DNA from: an uncultured Deferribacteres bacterium
GTDB taxonomy: Bacteria; Zhuqueibacterota; Zhuqueibacteria; Zhuqueibacterales; Geothermadaptataceae
Assembly: GCA_964014485.1 (NCBI GenBank)
Contig: CAXHAT010000026.1
Location: 1 to 52,305 of the forward strand
Direction of reading: 5' to 3'
DNA length: 52,305 nt
Numbering within the stretch: position 1 is the stretch's first letter; each line of letters opens with the position of its first letter. The translations under genes were made by a program, and so were the position numbers. The notes beneath the pieces were generated by a model. That model was not told the DNA's origin. It saw only the letters and a list, made by a program, of their open reading frames with translations, and did no database searches. This document shows positions 44,448 to 52,305 of this stretch, piece by piece.

Positions 44448-46540
44448 CGTCTGCGATCCTTCTTTTTGTGTGTCAGTTTAATCGCCCACAAGCCGCTGTT
44501 CATGTCGGCAAACCAAACGTTGCCTTTGTAGGGTTGCGGGCCCCAAACCATTGGCGCGTTCGCGATTTTTCCATCGCTGTGCATCGAGCGGAAAAGTGCG
44601 ATCTCTCGACCTTGTTTGTACAGGTCGCCCATCAATTCGCCGGAAAGATCAACGACGCGCACGCCGCCGTTATAAAATGCTGCGTAGAGCGTATCGTTTT
44701 CAACCCAGAAATTGTGCGATCCCGCCTCAGGCACTTCGTAGCGCGCGGTTTCTTGCGGGTTTTTCAAATCGGTAAAATCGACGAAATGAATCCAGCCTGC
44801 GGCAATGGTGGGCTTGTTTTCTCGCGTGCCCAAGCCGTAAGGAAATGCTTCGTCACCGGCAAGAACATAGAATTTTTTGGTGGACTCACTGTGGAAGGGA
44901 AACGCCGCATGGTTCCAACCGCTTGGGTAGGTGTAACTGCCGAATTGCACCGGATTTGACGGCGAACCGCCTGCGACAAAGGGGCCGCGCACTTCCGGAT
45001 TAGGCTGCTCGCCAAATTTTCGAAAAGGTCCGCCCGCCGTTGCGCCGCCAATATCGACCAACTGCAAACCGTCGCCCCAATTAGAAGAATACGCGATTCC
45101 GTCTTCGATCCAAACGTCGTGAACGCTGTGTCCCGGCGTGTCCAATTCGAAACGACTCACGCGATAGGGCTTGGTCGGGTCTTCAATGTTGATGACGTCG
45201 TAACGCCGCCCGTTGTTGATGGCGTAGACATGATTGTCATAAATAAAAGCATTGTGCACGCCGCCGGTCAGGCCGTCATCGAAACGAGAAAGGATTTTAA
45301 CGTCGCGAGGATTCGAAACGTCCAGAACGACGAGACCGTTTTTGCGGTTTGAAGCGCCTTCACGCGTAATCACGCCTATCCGTCCGTCTTCAGAAACTTT
45401 CACGTCATTGACCGTGCGAGCATCAACCGTGACTGTGTCGATGATCTCCATTTTGGAAGGATCGGTCACGTCCCAGAAGTAGGCTTCACCGTTAGCGCCC
45501 CAGGTTCCGGTCACAGCATAATCGCGCCCGTCAACGCCTTCCCAGACCCAAAGGTCTGAAGTAAAAACGTTTTTCACCAAGCCGTGTCCGACGACTTCAA
45601 CATCTGCGCGCATGTTGCGCGGCGTAATGTTGACCGTAACGCGATCGACGTAAGGCCCGGAACTGGCGAGCACTGTGTACAAACCGGGAGTTTCAGCAAC
45701 GAAACGTCCATCCTGTTCAATTTGACCGGTTGCCGACTGCCCGCGATTGTCTTCAGGATCAGCGATGACGGCGTAATGAACCGGTGCATCCGCGACGATT
45801 TGTCCAATGTTATTTCTCGCTTCCGCCTTGAATCGAATGACGTCGCCAGTGCGCGCTTCCGTCATACTGCTGGCCAGTTCAATGCCTTTCACCGGATTCT
45901 TGGTGATTTCAATCGGGAGGCGCTGCTTAATGTCTTCGACTTCCGCGATCACAAAAAGTTTTCCCGGTTTGTGAGCGGTTAAATTGCCGAAGTCATCAAA
46001 AGACGCCAAATCCGGCACGCTGCTCGACAACTTCACTTTGACGCCGTCTCTTTCGAGATCAGCTTCGTCGAACACTTTGGTTTTATAAGAAACAGTCGTC
46101 CCCGTGTAAAGCTTTTCTTGAGCTTCAAGAAATTTGACTTCTTTCAAAGGCGGGAAAGCAACGTCGATCGGAATCGTCCCTACGACGCGCTCATCTCTAG
46201 GTGCAACGGAACGCGCGTAAAGCTGGTATTCTCCCGGAAGATGCGCAACTAGACGAACGGTGGCTTCACCGTCGGGACCGCTGCTGCGCGGTGAAACGGA
46301 AACGGCGCGTCCGCGGGCAAACAACAAAAACGGTTCGGCGTGAACTTCGCCGGTAGACTTGCTCATAAGTTTAACTTCGACGAAGGTTGTGTCCTTCACG
46401 CCAAGCTCGACCGTTTTTTTGCTGAATGAAAAATAGTAATCGCTTTCTTCCGCGCCCGTTTGCGCATTGGCGCTGAAAAAGGGCAGGCACAACGCTATGG
46501 TCAGCACTGCAATAAATCGAAAACTCACTTGAGTACGCAT
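44444..46540 (-). CDS. Secreted Ig-like domain plus LVIVD-repeat protein
   Basis: Signal peptide; YFWDVTDP, VVLDVSNP, LQLVDIG, VRVVDLS repeats; conserved HN/HD His motifs. Confidence 0.75.
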   Translation of the reverse strand: MRTQVSFRFIAVLTIALCLPFFSANAQTGAEESDYYFSFSKKTVELGVKDTTFVEVKLMSKSTGEVHAEPFLLFARGRAVSVSPRSSGPDGEATVRLVAHLPGEYQLYARSVAPRDERVVGTIPIDVAFPPLKEVKFLEAQEKLYTGTTVSYKTKVFDEADLERDGVKVKLSSSVPDLASFDDFGNLTAHKPGKLFVIAEVEDIKQRLPIEITKNPVKGIELASSMTEARTGDVIRFKAEARNNIGQIVADAPVHYAVIADPEDNRGQSATGQIEQDGRFVAETPGLYTVLASSGPYVDRVTVNITPRNMRADVEVVGHGLVKNVFTSDLWVWEGVDGRDYAVTGTWGANGEAYFWDVTDPSKMEIIDTVTVDARTVNDVKVSEDGRIGVITREGASNRKNGLVVLDVSNPRDVKILSRFDDGLTGGVHNAFIYDNHVYAINNGRRYDVINIEDPTKPYRVSRFELDTPGHSVHDVWIEDGIAYSSNWGDGLQLVDIGGATAGGPFRKFGEQPNPEVRGPFVAGGSPSNPVQFGSYTYPSGWNHAAFPFHSESTKKFYVLAGDEAFPYGLGTRENKPTIAAGWIHFVDFTDLKNPQETARYEVPEAGSHNFWVENDTLYAAFYNGGVRVVDLSGELMGDLYKQGREIALFRSMHSDGKIANAPMVWGPQPYKGNVWFADMNSGLWAIKLTHKKKDRRR

Positions 46541-46667
46541 ACATTCTCCTCCCGAGAACCGTTTTAAGAACCCGATAAAATATGGCGCAAAAGTGCGAGA
46601 TCAAACAAGGAAAGTCAAGGGGAATTCGACTATGCCGAGCGAGGGCGTTATCATACGCACCTGCATA

Positions 46668-47480
46668 CTAAGAAGCATTTTGCGCCGACGCTTTAAAGGC
46701 AAGTAGAGCCTGTCCCGGATGTTTCTGTTGCATAAACTGCGTGCCGACAAGCACAGCGTGCGCGCCCGCAGCTTTTAAGCGCGCCAAATCATCAGCGCCG
46801 CGGACGCCGCTTTCCGCAATAGCGACGCACTGCGACGGAATTTGGGGGATAACGGTCTCGCTCACAGCCAGATCAACTTTAAAACTATGCAAATCGCGGT
46901 TGTTGACGCCAACAATTTGCGCTCCGGCATTGAGCGCCGTTTCGAGTTCATTCTCATCATGAATTTCGACCAAGGCTTCCATGCCAAGCGCGTGCGTTTC
47001 TTCCAACAAATCGAGCATTTGTGTCGGTTCAAGCGCAGCAACGATCAACAGCACGGCGTCGGCGCCGAAAGCGCGAGCTTCGAGCAATTGGTAGGAATCG
47101 ATAATGAAATCCTTGCGCAAAAGCGGCAGATCAACAAGCGGGCGGATTTTTCGGATGAATTCGAGATCGCCTTGGAAGAACTTTTCATCCGTCAAAATCG
47201 AAATCGCGTCGGCGCCAGCTTCCGCGTATTGTTGAGCTATTTGTTCCGGCTGGAAATCTTCTCGAATCAAGCCCATCGAAGGCGAAGCTTTTTTGATCTC
47301 CGCGATGATTGTCAGCGATTCTGAAGCCGTGAGCGCGTTTTTGAGCGAAATTGGACGGCTATTCTTATCGATTCTTTGTTCCAAATCGCGTTCGCTTACC
47401 GCTGAGCGCCTGACTTGCAATTCAGATCGTTTATGAGCCAGAATTTTTTCTAAAAAAGTTATGGACTGCATGAGTGACAA
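46668..47480 (-). CDS. trpC: Indole-3-glycerol phosphate synthase
   Basis: IAEIKKASPS, SILTDEKFFQG, LRKDFII, GVNNRDL, AESG. Confidence 0.96.
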   Translation of the reverse strand: MSLMQSITFLEKILAHKRSELQVRRSAVSERDLEQRIDKNSRPISLKNALTASESLTIIAEIKKASPSMGLIREDFQPEQIAQQYAEAGADAISILTDEKFFQGDLEFIRKIRPLVDLPLLRKDFIIDSYQLLEARAFGADAVLLIVAALEPTQMLDLLEETHALGMEALVEIHDENELETALNAGAQIVGVNNRDLHSFKVDLAVSETVIPQIPSQCVAIAESGVRGADDLARLKAAGAHAVLVGTQFMQQKHPGQALLAFKASAQNAS

Positions 47481-47497
47481 ATGTAAAGGTAGGCTTT

Positions 47498-49186
47498 TTA
47501 TTGAAAGGCTTGCGTAAACTTCTTCAACGCTCTTAATTTCTGCATTGCCGCTCCGGAATCGATGCTCTGGGCGGCCAACTGCGCGCCGTCGCTCAAGTTA
47601 TGGGCTTTGCCTGCCACGTAAAGTCCGGCCGCCGCATTCGCAATTACGACGTCCCGGGCGGCGCCGTCTTTACCGTTTAAAATATCAAGAGCCATTACTG
47701 CATTTTCCTTTGCATCGCCGCCGGAAATGACGTCTCCGTTGCGCGCCAAGCCAAACTCTTCCGGAGAAATCGTATACTCGTGAATCTCGCCATGCTTCAA
47801 TTCCGCCACCCGTGTTTCCGCGGCCATAGAAATTTCGTCTAGCCCGTCGTTGCTGTGGACGAACATGACGTGTTTGGAATCCAATTGCTTTAAAACTTCA
47901 GCGAGCAAGCGTAAAAGTTTAGGGTCATAAACGCCGATCAACTGCCGCGAGACGCCCGCCGGATTGGTGATTGGCCCCAAAATATTGAAGACGGATCGTA
48001 CGCCGATTTCGCGCCGCGCGCCAACGACGTGTTTCATAGCCACGTGTAATTTTGGCGCGAACAAAAACGCAATCCCGACTTCATCCAAACATTGCCCAAG
48101 CTGTTCATTATCGAGTTCAAGGTTCACGCCAAGCTCCATCAAAACATCGGCGCTGCCGCATTTGCTCGAAACGGAACGATTGCCGTGCTTGGCCACGGGA
48201 ACGTCAGCCCCCGCAACAACGAACGAGGCCAAGGTGGAAATATTGAACGTGTGCTTGCCGTCGCCGCCCGTCCCAACGAGATCAACAGCCTGGGCGCTTT
48301 GCGACGAAACCACCGGCAGTGCGTTCACGCGCATGGCATGGGCAAACCCGGCGATTTCTTCAGGCGTTTCGCCCTTCATGCGCATGGCAACGAGCAACGC
48401 GCCTTTTTGCGCTTCGGTCGCCTCACCGTGCATGATCGCATTCATCACCTCGCTGGCTTCAGCGCGCGACAGGTTTTCATTCTCGACAACGCTTTGAATG
48501 GCATTTTGCACCATCGAACTCACCTCGATTGCTGGTTTGGGAAACTCCATTTTGTGCAGAAGATCGGAGCTCTCTTTTGAAGCTGGTTTTTCATGCTGCT
48601 TTTTGGGGCGCTCCAGAATATAACGGTCCAAAAAATTTTGCAGGATTTGTTTGCCGGCTTCGGTCAAAATGGACTCAGGATGAAACTGTACGCCGACCAC
48701 AGGGAGTTCGTCATGCTCCACCGCCATGATCACGCCGTCATCGGTTTTGGCCGTGATTTTCAAGCATGTCGGTATACTCCCGGGCTCGGCAACGAGCGAG
48801 TGGTAGCGCGTGGCGATGAACGGATTTTCCAGCCCGGTAAAAACACTCGTTCCTTCGTGGCGAATCTCCGACGTTTTTCCGTGCATCAATCGCGGAGCCT
48901 GGATAATTCGAGCGCCAAACGCCTGAGAAATGGCTTGGTGTCCCAGACAAACGCCGAAAATTGGGATTTGTCCGGCGAAAGTTTTGATCACGTCCAGAGA
49001 AATCCCGGCATCGTCCGGCGTGCCCGGGCCGGGAGAAATAACAATGCCGTCCGGCTGCATTTTTTCAATATCGTCGAGCGTGATCGCGTCATTGCGCACG
49101 ACTTCGAGCGCTACGCCAAGCTCGCCGAGGTATTGCACAAGGTTATAGGTAAAACTATCGAAGTTGTCGATGACGAGGATTTTCAT
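47498..49186 (-). CDS. trpGD: Fused anthranilate synthase component II / anthranilate phosphoribosyltransferase (TrpG-TrpD)
   Basis: IDNFDSFTYNL, SPGPG, GVCLGHQ, RYHSL, QFHPES; then GTGGDG..TFNIST, KHGNRSVSSKCGSADVL, GLDEIS. Confidence 0.93.
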   Translation of the reverse strand: MKILVIDNFDSFTYNLVQYLGELGVALEVVRNDAITLDDIEKMQPDGIVISPGPGTPDDAGISLDVIKTFAGQIPIFGVCLGHQAISQAFGARIIQAPRLMHGKTSEIRHEGTSVFTGLENPFIATRYHSLVAEPGSIPTCLKITAKTDDGVIMAVEHDELPVVGVQFHPESILTEAGKQILQNFLDRYILERPKKQHEKPASKESSDLLHKMEFPKPAIEVSSMVQNAIQSVVENENLSRAEASEVMNAIMHGEATEAQKGALLVAMRMKGETPEEIAGFAHAMRVNALPVVSSQSAQAVDLVGTGGDGKHTFNISTLASFVVAGADVPVAKHGNRSVSSKCGSADVLMELGVNLELDNEQLGQCLDEVGIAFLFAPKLHVAMKHVVGARREIGVRSVFNILGPITNPAGVSRQLIGVYDPKLLRLLAEVLKQLDSKHVMFVHSNDGLDEISMAAETRVAELKHGEIHEYTISPEEFGLARNGDVISGGDAKENAVMALDILNGKDGAARDVVIANAAAGLYVAGKAHNLSDGAQLAAQSIDSGAAMQKLRALKKFTQAFQ

Positions 49187-49291
49187 TTTCACATCATTCT
49201 CGTGCAGCCGAGAATGTATTGGTTGTGCATGATTTACTGGATTTCTGTCTGTACATCTACGCATCAACCTAATTGCGAGACGCACAAACAT

Positions 49292-49413
49292 CTCGTCCCC
49301 AAGTGGAGCTTGGGGACGCTTTTGCTATAGAAACTCCAGTTTCGAGTGTATTCTTTGGCCGAAACCGGAGTTTCTTGCCCAATTGCGTTTCCAAACCAGA
49401 GTTTGGGAACAAG
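49292..49413. repeat. CTCGT...-type REPIN element between trpE and trpGD
   Basis: CTCGTCCCCAAGTGGAGCTTGGGGACGC ... GAAACTCCAGTTTC ... GAAACCGGAGTTTC ... GCGTTTCCAAACCAGAGTTTGGGAACAAG. Confidence 0.75.
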
Positions 49414-49420
49414 CCAGAAC

Positions 49421-49448
49421 GTCGGGGCGCATTGCAACGCGCCCCGAC
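49421..49448. repeat. GTAG-like (GTCG variant) REP
   Basis: GTCGGGGCGCATTGCAACGCGCCCCGAC. Confidence 0.7.
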
Positions 49449-49452
49449 ACAA

Positions 49453-50931
49453 TCAGACCACATTCAGCCCGCCTTCCGCCAATGCGAGCGCGTTTCGGAG
49501 TGCGTTGGATTTGTGAATCGTTTCCATAAACTCGGTTTCCGGCACGGAGTCCGCCACAATGCCAGCGCCAGCCTGAAACGTCGCGACGCCGTTTTCAACT
49601 TCCAGCGTGCGGATTGTGATGCAGGTGTCAAGGTTGCCGGAAAAATCGAGATAACCCATCGCGCCAGCGTAAAGTCCGCGTCGTTCCGGCTCCAATTCTT
49701 CAATAATTTCCATCGCTCGAATTTTCGGCGCGCCGGAAACGGTTCCCGCCGGGAAGCAAGCCTTAAATGCGTCGAGAGCGTCCATCCCCGCACGCAAGCG
49801 CCCGCGCACTTCGGAGACGATATGCATGACGTGGCTGTACCGCTCGATGATCATATTTTCCGTCACGCGAACTTGGCCATACTCGGAAACGCGGCCTACG
49901 TCGTTTCGGCCCAAGTCCATCAGCATGACGTGCTCGGCGCGCTCTTTTTCGTCGGCGAGCAGTTCGGCGGCCAGCTTGGCGTCTTCTTTCGCCGTTTTGC
50001 CGCGCGGACGCGTCCCGGCGATGGGGCGGACTGTCACTTCGCCGTTCTCAACGCGCACCAACATTTCCGGACTAGAGCCAATCACGTGTTGTTCGTCCAT
50101 TTTCAAAAAATAGAGGTACGGAGACGGATTCACAGTTCGCAACGCGCGATAAATATCAATCGGCGATGCCCATACTTTACGTGAAAACTTTTGTGAAAGA
50201 ACGACCTGAAAAATATCTCCGGCACGAATATGTTTTTTGGCCTTTCGGACAGCGTTGCAGAATTCGTCTTCTTCAACATTTGAACGTATGTTGGAAAAAT
50301 TCACGCCGTCGTGAGGCGCAATTTCTAAAGGGCGGGAGAGCGCTTGTTTGGTCTCGGCGATACGTCCGCACGCCTGTTCGTAGCTTTCCTTGAGATTTGT
50401 ACCGTCTTCTAAAAACACGTTTGTTATAACGTGGATTTGATGCTGAATGTGATCGAACGCAAGAATCGTATCATAAATGCCAACCACAGCCTGCGGCTTG
50501 TTTTCATTAGCGGGATTTGTCGACGGCAGTTTTTCTAAAAGCCGAACCGTGTCATAGCCAAAATAACCGACAGCGCCGCCGGAAAAGCGCGGCAAATCCA
50601 GGTGGGGAACAAATTCAAAGCCTTCGAAGCGCTTTTGGAGATAAGTAAAAATGTCCATGTCAAGCGTTTGCGGAACGCCGTTGGTGAGCACTTCTGTTTG
50701 TCTACCGTCGAAGGAAACGATTTCGCGAGGCCGCCGCCCGAGAAACGAGTATCGCGCCATGTTTTCGCCGCCCTCAACGGATTCAAGCAGAAATCCGTTT
50801 TCTCCTTCAGCGCACAAGCGCATCCATGCGCCGACCGGCGTCAGCAAATCCGCCAGCAGCGGCTCTGAAATCGGGATCACATTGCCGTGCATGGCGAGCT
50901 GTTGAAATTCTTCGAATGTGGGTGAAATCAT
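49453..50931 (-). CDS. trpE: Anthranilate synthase component I
   Basis: FLLESVEGG..ARYSF, GDIFQVVLS, NPSPY, SPEMLV, PIAGTRPRG, AEHVMLMDLGRND, FPAGTVSGAPK, QAGAGIVADS. Confidence 0.96.
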   Translation of the reverse strand: MISPTFEEFQQLAMHGNVIPISEPLLADLLTPVGAWMRLCAEGENGFLLESVEGGENMARYSFLGRRPREIVSFDGRQTEVLTNGVPQTLDMDIFTYLQKRFEGFEFVPHLDLPRFSGGAVGYFGYDTVRLLEKLPSTNPANENKPQAVVGIYDTILAFDHIQHQIHVITNVFLEDGTNLKESYEQACGRIAETKQALSRPLEIAPHDGVNFSNIRSNVEEDEFCNAVRKAKKHIRAGDIFQVVLSQKFSRKVWASPIDIYRALRTVNPSPYLYFLKMDEQHVIGSSPEMLVRVENGEVTVRPIAGTRPRGKTAKEDAKLAAELLADEKERAEHVMLMDLGRNDVGRVSEYGQVRVTENMIIERYSHVMHIVSEVRGRLRAGMDALDAFKACFPAGTVSGAPKIRAMEIIEELEPERRGLYAGAMGYLDFSGNLDTCITIRTLEVENGVATFQAGAGIVADSVPETEFMETIHKSNALRNALALAEGGLNVV

Positions 50932-50951
50932 CGTTTGTTTTTCAAGTTTTC

Positions 50952-50985
50952 AAAAAAAAATCCCAACCTGTCGGCAGGCGGGATT
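50952..50985 (-). terminator. trp attenuator terminator
   Basis: Minus strand AATCCCGCCTGCCGACAGGTTGGGATTTTTTTTT, ~20 nt before trpE. Confidence 0.8.
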
Positions 50986-51015
50986 GATCATTCTTTTGAG
51001 TATTTCTTTGCAAAA

Positions 51016-51111
51016 TTAGAAGAAATCGATAAACACAAGCTTCCCGCAATCGGCGTGCTTCACAAGCCAATTTCTGATTCGCCAATGCTGAGAAGTTCTT
51101 TTCGGGTACAT
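51016..51111 (-). CDS. trpL: Putative trp leader peptide (31 aa)
   Basis: MYPKRTSQHWRIRNWLVKHADCGKLVFIDFF with two Trp codons, lying between the promoter and the terminator. Confidence 0.6.
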   Translation of the reverse strand: MYPKRTSQHWRIRNWLVKHADCGKLVFIDFF

Positions 51112-51143
51112 GAGTTATTCGCTCTTTACGATTATGGCCGCAA

Positions 51144-51172
51144 AATATAGACAAGCGCCCTTCGCATGTCAA
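51144..51172 (-). promoter_or_regulatory. sigma70 promoter of the trp operon
   Basis: TTGACA-17 nt-TATATT. Confidence 0.75.
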
Positions 51173-51310
51173 GGCATTCTTTGCAGCATGTCTGGAATAA
51201 ATAAATTTCGCTGAATGTAAGAATAACACAGCTCCGCTTTGCGGCAGAACAATTAATTTGAGACGACTCATCGTTCCGCCAAGTCATTTCTACTATCGAG
51301 TTTTAAGCCT

Positions 51311-52234
51311 ATGCATCTGATCCCCAAGAAAACACTGTTGAGCGCCGCCGTTACGCTTGTCGTTTTTGCTTCACAGCTCTCAGCCGGAGCGTGGACGCAA
51401 AAGAAGAGAGGGTATTTTCTCAAGCTTTCCGGCAATTATCTCTCAACAACTTCGGAATTCAACTTTCTCGGGAAAAAGAACGATATTTTTGCTGAACATT
51501 TCGGCTTCACCAATGCTTCATTTCGCGACTTCAACATATCGTTTTACGGCGAGTATGGGTTGAGTTCGCGCTTCACAGTCATTTCAAGCCTGGCATTTAA
51601 ATCCCTGCAATCCAACCGCACAGAATTGATCGGCGGCGGCCAGCTGGAAAACGATGTTGCGATCCACACGCCCGGCTTCTCCGATCTTTGGCTTTCGGGC
51701 CGCTACAATCTGCTAAAATTGCCGCTCGTGTTCTCGCTGCAAGGCGGCGTCAAAATTCCGTTAGGCTACGCGGAGGAGCCGTCAAACAGCGGCGCGGCGT
51801 TGGGCACGGCCAACTTCGACGGCGAACTACAACTTTTGGTCGGGCAAAGCCTGCACCCCACTCCAATTTACCTGACTGCTGGCGGCGGTTATCGCACGCG
51901 CGGCGGGCGTTTTCATGACGAGTGGATTTATTCCTTCGAAGCCGGATATACGCTCAAAAAGACGCTTTTCAAAATCACACTTGACGGGATTCACAATGCA
52001 AAACGCCCCATCCCTGACATTTACGGCATGACCGTCATTACTCCCCTCCCGGGTGGAGGCGGCGTGCGTCCGGTTTCCAATATTGGCAACCAAGATGTAC
52101 TGAAAATTAGTCCGTCGATATTCTACTCAGTCCAACAGAATATCGACGTTCAATTAGAATTGATTAATATCGTGGCTGGCAAAAACTCAATCACAGGCAG
52201 CACTTTTTCACTTGGAATTATACTCAAAAAGTAG
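51311..52234 (+). CDS. Putative outer-membrane beta-barrel protein
   Basis: Signal peptide (SAGAWTQ), alternating aromatic beta-strand pattern, YGEYGL motif. Confidence 0.65.
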   Translation: MHLIPKKTLLSAAVTLVVFASQLSAGAWTQKKRGYFLKLSGNYLSTTSEFNFLGKKNDIFAEHFGFTNASFRDFNISFYGEYGLSSRFTVISSLAFKSLQSNRTELIGGGQLENDVAIHTPGFSDLWLSGRYNLLKLPLVFSLQGGVKIPLGYAEEPSNSGAALGTANFDGELQLLVGQSLHPTPIYLTAGGGYRTRGGRFHDEWIYSFEAGYTLKKTLFKITLDGIHNAKRPIPDIYGMTVITPLPGGGGVRPVSNIGNQDVLKISPSIFYSVQQNIDVQLELINIVAGKNSITGSTFSLGIILKK

Positions 52235-52305
52235 ATTCTTTTGCTAATTGAAAACACTACTGTCCCGGTGTTGTAAACTTCTGTTCTCCGTAAGCCTATT
52301 TATTT

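Noticed and set aside
46541..46667. Absence of trpF/trpB/trpA after trpC as a sign of pathway loss
   Set aside because: Split trp operons are common, and this cannot be judged from one window.
49187..49291. ORF-track N-terminal extensions (trpGD, cinA, Fe-S protein, CHAT, Gfo/Idh, thioesterase, yciH)
   Set aside because: They run through repeats or neighbouring genes; downstream starts have better RBSs and family-typical N-termini.

Overview
This is a ~52 kb, roughly 50% GC bacterial chromosomal window, probably from an FCB-superphylum lineage such as KSB1, Calditrichota or Ignavibacteria (inferred from a Por/T9SS-type 'YPNPFNPSTTIRY' C-terminal domain and the gene repertoire). Housekeeping and metabolic genes include mlaEFD, cinA-thpR-mnmH, fucU, a parvulin PPIase, fbaB, a GDPD, an SSS transporter, SUI1, an ALDH7, polX and trpE-trpGD-trpC with a predicted leader-peptide attenuator. 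Accessory genes include an atypical S8 subtilase (GST instead of GTS, AAAGS instead of AAAGN) with a relic of a second copy 10 kb away, a TPR-CHAT protease, a PIN toxin-antitoxin pair and several beta-propeller proteins. The most notable locus is a candidate sigma54-driven sqr-DUF1641-tusE-dsrE sulfur-relay operon that runs directly into nosD-F-Y, with no nosZ or nosL in the window. Intergenic DNA holds several REP/REPIN families and three types of MITE shell carrying REP-like cargo. Two MITEs sit inside signal-peptide coding regions: one is perfectly in frame (nosD), and the other supplies a TGATG stop/restart (PPIase). No rRNA, tRNA, CRISPR array or transposase was seen. All family assignments come from motif recognition by eye, not database searches.
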